A DNA stretch of 40,119 nt from Candidatus Woesearchaeota archaeon (GTDB taxonomy: Archaea; Nanobdellota; Nanobdellia; Woesearchaeales; GW2011-AR4), in assembly GCA_016784195.1 (NCBI GenBank), contig JADHVE010000002.1:1-40119 (forward strand), in the 5' to 3' direction. A program made the position numbers and the translations under genes. Under the pieces are notes generated by a model, which worked only from the letters and a program-made list of their open reading frames with translations, was not told where the DNA came from and made no database searches. Each line of letters begins with the position of its first letter. Position 1 is the stretch's first letter. This document shows positions 36,301 to 40,119 of the stretch, piece by piece.

Positions 36301-39300
36301 ATGTTAAAAAGAGCAGTAGGGTTAATAGTCTTATTTCTGTTAGTTATAAACATAGTAAATGCTGCCAAGATTGATAAAACCATAGAAGAAAAACTGGAAT
36401 CAGAAGATGAAGTTTCTGTTATAGTTGTTCTAAATGATGATTATTCTTCTGTAAACGAATTGTCAGTAAACTCAGCTAAAAATAAAAATCTGATAAACGA
36501 AAGATTGATGGTTGAAAAACAGCAGGACAAAGTTCTCAAAAATTTAAATTATAAAAAGATTTCATTAAAAAACGAATCAATTGGAAAAAAGACATTATCA
36601 AAAACATCAAAAAAAATAAATGATGAGGAAAAAAAAGATTTCTGGTTAAAGCATAAATACAAAGCAATAAACGGTTTTTCAGGAGAAATAACTAAAGAAG
36701 GTTTAGAAAAATTAAAAAACAATCCTGATGTAAAAAGAGTTTATATCAATGGAGTAAAGAATATCTTTCTTGATGCCAGTGTTCCTTTAGTTAATGCAAC
36801 AAGAACTTGGTCTCTGGTATATAATAACTCCAATTTGACCGGAGCAGGGGAAACTATTTGTGTCATTGACACTGGTGTGAATTACAACCACACTAATTTA
36901 GGGGCAGGATGGGGCAATAAGATAATTGAGGGATATAACACCTTAGATGGTAGTACTAATAATATCTGCTCTGTGAATAATTCAGCCTGTTACGATGACC
37001 ATGGCCACGGAACGCATGTAATCGGCACTATTATTTCAAATCATTCAACTTACAAGGGGGTAGCTCCTGATGCGAAGATTGTTGCAATCAAAGCATGTAA
37101 CTCCGGAGGTTCCTGTACAGATGATGATGTTATTGCAGGGATTGACTTATGCATAAATAATGCAACAAATCTTAATATCTCTGTTATAAGCATGAGTCTT
37201 GGAGGCGGTCTTTATTCTTCCTATTGTAATGATGATTCTATAGCAAATTCTATAAATACTGCTGTGGGAGAAAATATTTCTGTGGTTATTGCAGCAGGTA
37301 ATGGGTTAAACAATGATGGTGTTGGAAGCTCAACTCAGATAGCTTCTCCAGCCTGTGTTCAAAATGCAACTCCCATTAGTGCCACAAACGATAATGATGC
37401 AATTGCTTCATTTAGTGATAGAGCACCAAATTTTGGAGTTTTGCTTTTTGCACCTGGGGTAGATATAATCTCTCTAAATTATGGCGGTGGAACAACATCA
37501 AAAAGTGGCACTTCAATGTCAACCCCTCATGCAGCAGGAGCATTCGCCTTAATCAACCAGTATAGGAGATTAGAGGGAAGTAGAAAATTAACACCAACAG
37601 AAATAGAATATAGTTTAAACAACACAGGAAAAGCAATTATAGATGGTTCCACAACCTACAGAAGAATAAATATTTTCGCAGCAATACTATCTTTGGATAC
37701 AATAGCTCCAAGTATAATATTTGTAAATCCAACTTTAGCAAATAAAAGCAATTCAACAAATGCAACTTATTTCATAAATATAACCTCAAATGAAATTTTA
37801 GTTAACGTTACTTTAGAGTTTAATGGAACCAATGAAACAATGGAAGGTTCTGGACTGAATTGGTTCAAAAATAAAACTTTAGATAGTGGTGCATATTTAT
37901 ACAATGTATGGGGAAATGATTCTTCAGGCAATATTGGATTAAGCGAATTAAGGTTGATACAAATCAACAACACAGCTCCAAATATAACTTCTTTTTTTCC
38001 ATCAACATTAGATTATAGCATAAATGAACCAAACAACCAGACTTTTAATATAACCTACAATGATATAGATGGAGATACTGCAACAGCATCCTGGTATAGA
38101 AACTCTACTTTGATTTCTACTTCAAATGAATTTAACTTTACAGGCAATTATTCTTCTGTTGGATTTTATAATATCACAGTTTTTGTTGCTGACAATGGAG
38201 ACACTTTTCAATTAACCTGGAATTTTACAGTAAACAATACAAACAGGGCTTCTTTAGTAACTTCTGCTAATTTAACCTCTTCAGACTACCTAAACAGAAC
38301 AAACGGAACGTTAGAAGGAAGTTTTTTCTTTACAGATGTTGACGGAGATACGATAACAGCCAACGAAACGAAATGGTACAATAACAGCGAAGAAGTTTTA
38401 GAATTGATAAACTACACATCCATAACTTCCAACTACACCAAGAAAAGCCAAAACTGGACATTTAGCGTTAGAGTCCATGACAACTTTAACTGGAGCAGCT
38501 GGGTTAACAGCACAAATTTAACAATAAGAAATACCCCTCCTGAAATAAACATAACTACAACAAACATAGAATTAAATGAAACCCAGCTTGTCAACATAAG
38601 CCTAAATGCATCTGACATGGATAATGCTGGGATGAATTTTACCATAAATAGCACACTGTTTTCCTTAATAAACAACCAGTTCTTGTGGTATCCTAACTTA
38701 AGCCAGAGTGGGAATTATAATTTCAACGTTACTGTAAATGACACAGAAGCAACAGACTCAATAATAATAGGTATCACAGTAATTGATGTAAGAGACGCAG
38801 ACAATGACGGAAACCCTGATTTTAATGATACTGATGACGATAATGACGGTATTTCAGATGAAAATGATTTTTTATTAGGGAATTTGAGTAGTGTGAATAC
38901 AACAAATATCAATATTTCTATTAAAATAAACAGTTCAACTAACTTAACAAAAATAGTAAATACTACATTATCCATAAATATAACAGAAAATAATCTTGCT
39001 CTTATTGAATTTAACTGGACTTTTAATTCTTCAAACATGCTGGATTTATATAACATTTCAATAATTAAACATCCCGCAAATGCATCAAATGCGTCCTTAT
39101 TGATAAAAGGAATTAATCTTATTTTACAAAATATGACAAAAACAGTCTATTTACCCAGATTGCTAAACGGCACTGGATTATGCATAGAAGATGCCAAGAT
39201 TTCTTCTATCACAGAAATCTCAAATACATGCAGTGATACGAATGAATTCTGGATAAACTGTCCTGGATCAAACAATAATTATGTTTGTCAATTTTTTAAC

Positions 39301-39942
39301 AACAATACTAGGTATAAGATTACTGGTTTAATTCATTCAGGCCTGATAGAACAACCTACACATTGCGGAGATGGAACTTGTAATGGCGGTGAATCTTGTT
39401 CATCATGCTCTACAGATTGCGGTTCTTGTCCAACTACATCGACAAGTTCTAGCAGCGGAGGAGGCGGTGGGGGTGGAGGTGGAGGCGGAGGAGCTTTCTT
39501 CACCTGCAACCTGGACTGGAAATGTGATGAATGGTCTGATTGTGTAAATGAAAAGCAAACAAGAAACTGCTCTTTTGTAAAATTTGCTCAGCATGTTCAA
39601 AGTGAAAGATGCCCTTCAAAAGACGAAATACCTCCGACCAACAAATCATGTGAAATGCCCAAAAAAACTGATGTGCCTGAAACAAAAGAAATAAAAGAAT
39701 TAGAACCAGAAGCACCAGCTTTAGAAAAAAAAAAAGAAACAAAAACTGAAGGGTTTAGAGCAATCGCTGCCACAGTCATTAAAAACCTATTTGGAATCGA
39801 TGACAGAAGCATTTTGCTGGATTTATTCATAACTGGAATTATAACAGCAACTGCAATATTGTCCTATCAAGGATTAAAAAAGAAAAAACATAGAAAAGTA
39901 AAAAGAGTAAAAAATAAAAAAGTTTATAAAACATTTAAATAA
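36301..39942 (+). CDS. Membrane-anchored S8 subtilisin-like protease with long extracellular stalk
   Basis: Signal peptide, propeptide, triad motifs IDTG, HGTHV and GTSMS, Ig-like repeats, DADNDG..DDDNDG Ca-binding motif, Cys-rich domains, poly-Gly linker, C-terminal TM and basic tail. Confidence 0.93.
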   Translation: MLKRAVGLIVLFLLVINIVNAAKIDKTIEEKLESEDEVSVIVVLNDDYSSVNELSVNSAKNKNLINERLMVEKQQDKVLKNLNYKKISLKNESIGKKTLSKTSKKINDEEKKDFWLKHKYKAINGFSGEITKEGLEKLKNNPDVKRVYINGVKNIFLDASVPLVNATRTWSLVYNNSNLTGAGETICVIDTGVNYNHTNLGAGWGNKIIEGYNTLDGSTNNICSVNNSACYDDHGHGTHVIGTIISNHSTYKGVAPDAKIVAIKACNSGGSCTDDDVIAGIDLCINNATNLNISVISMSLGGGLYSSYCNDDSIANSINTAVGENISVVIAAGNGLNNDGVGSSTQIASPACVQNATPISATNDNDAIASFSDRAPNFGVLLFAPGVDIISLNYGGGTTSKSGTSMSTPHAAGAFALINQYRRLEGSRKLTPTEIEYSLNNTGKAIIDGSTTYRRINIFAAILSLDTIAPSIIFVNPTLANKSNSTNATYFINITSNEILVNVTLEFNGTNETMEGSGLNWFKNKTLDSGAYLYNVWGNDSSGNIGLSELRLIQINNTAPNITSFFPSTLDYSINEPNNQTFNITYNDIDGDTATASWYRNSTLISTSNEFNFTGNYSSVGFYNITVFVADNGDTFQLTWNFTVNNTNRASLVTSANLTSSDYLNRTNGTLEGSFFFTDVDGDTITANETKWYNNSEEVLELINYTSITSNYTKKSQNWTFSVRVHDNFNWSSWVNSTNLTIRNTPPEINITTTNIELNETQLVNISLNASDMDNAGMNFTINSTLFSLINNQFLWYPNLSQSGNYNFNVTVNDTEATDSIIIGITVIDVRDADNDGNPDFNDTDDDNDGISDENDFLLGNLSSVNTTNINISIKINSSTNLTKIVNTTLSINITENNLALIEFNWTFNSSNMLDLYNISIIKHPANASNASLLIKGINLILQNMTKTVYLPRLLNGTGLCIEDAKISSITEISNTCSDTNEFWINCPGSNNNYVCQFFNNNTRYKITGLIHSGLIEQPTHCGDGTCNGGESCSSCSTDCGSCPTTSTSSSSGGGGGGGGGGGGAFFTCNLDWKCDEWSDCVNEKQTRNCSFVKFAQHVQSERCPSKDEIPPTNKSCEMPKKTDVPETKEIKELEPEAPALEKKKETKTEGFRAIAATVIKNLFGIDDRSILLDLFITGIITATAILSYQGLKKKKHRKVKRVKNKKVYKTFK

Positions 39943-39987
39943 TAGTTAATCAAGTTCATATAAAGTTAATATAAAAAGAGGTAAAAA

Positions 39988-40119
39988 ATGCCCAAACTGA
40001 GTACTTTTGAATTTATTCTTTTGATTGTAGGTGTTGGAGCAGCATTCCTCGGCTTTAAACTGATAAACCAGCTTTACATCTCTGATGGGGGCTTAAGCTG
40101 GTTAATGGTGATTTCAATA
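39988..40119 (+). CDS. Membrane protein, partial
   Basis: GAGGT RBS, then MPKLSTFEFILLIVGVGAAFLGFKL..., open to the window end. Confidence 0.65.
   Translation, partial: MPKLSTFEFILLIVGVGAAFLGFKLINQLYISDGGLSWLMVISI

Noticed and set aside
39445-39495. GGN-rich tandem repeat
   Set aside because: It simply encodes the Ser/Gly linker of the S8 protease.
882-39830. Many antisense or nested ORFs such as 882-1070, 2061-2564, 6733-7317, 15548-15889, 18091-18417, 34173-34757 and 38715-39056
   Set aside because: They are shadows of well-supported genes on the other strand or frame and have no motifs.

Overview
AT-rich archaeal chromosome segment. EF-1alpha, uS10, Rpo11, an archaeal histone, PAC2 and BHB-intron tRNAs identify it as archaeal, and the gene content suggests DPANN, probably Woesearchaeota (inference). 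It holds about 40 CDS and six tRNA genes carrying 11 introns, five of them at non-canonical positions. An atypical tyrosine integrase lies next to tRNA-Ser(GCT) at the left edge. Unexplained structure: (1) a 7.5-10.1 kb module of 12 helically phased TCCC repeats, two coiled-coil/wHTH genes and a catalytic-domain-only Xer-like recombinase with a 12-6-12 inverted site over its promoter; (2) a 25-33 kb accessory region where single genes are separated by a recurring, same-orientation recombination-site-like repeat; (3) tiny ATGCTC-hairpin palindromes inserted in frame in two proteins and also forming a tRNA intron; (4) an unidentified structured RNA of about 230 nt with its own TATA box; (5) three translationally coupled micro membrane proteins missed by the ORF track. 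Family assignments come from motif recognition by eye; no searches were run.
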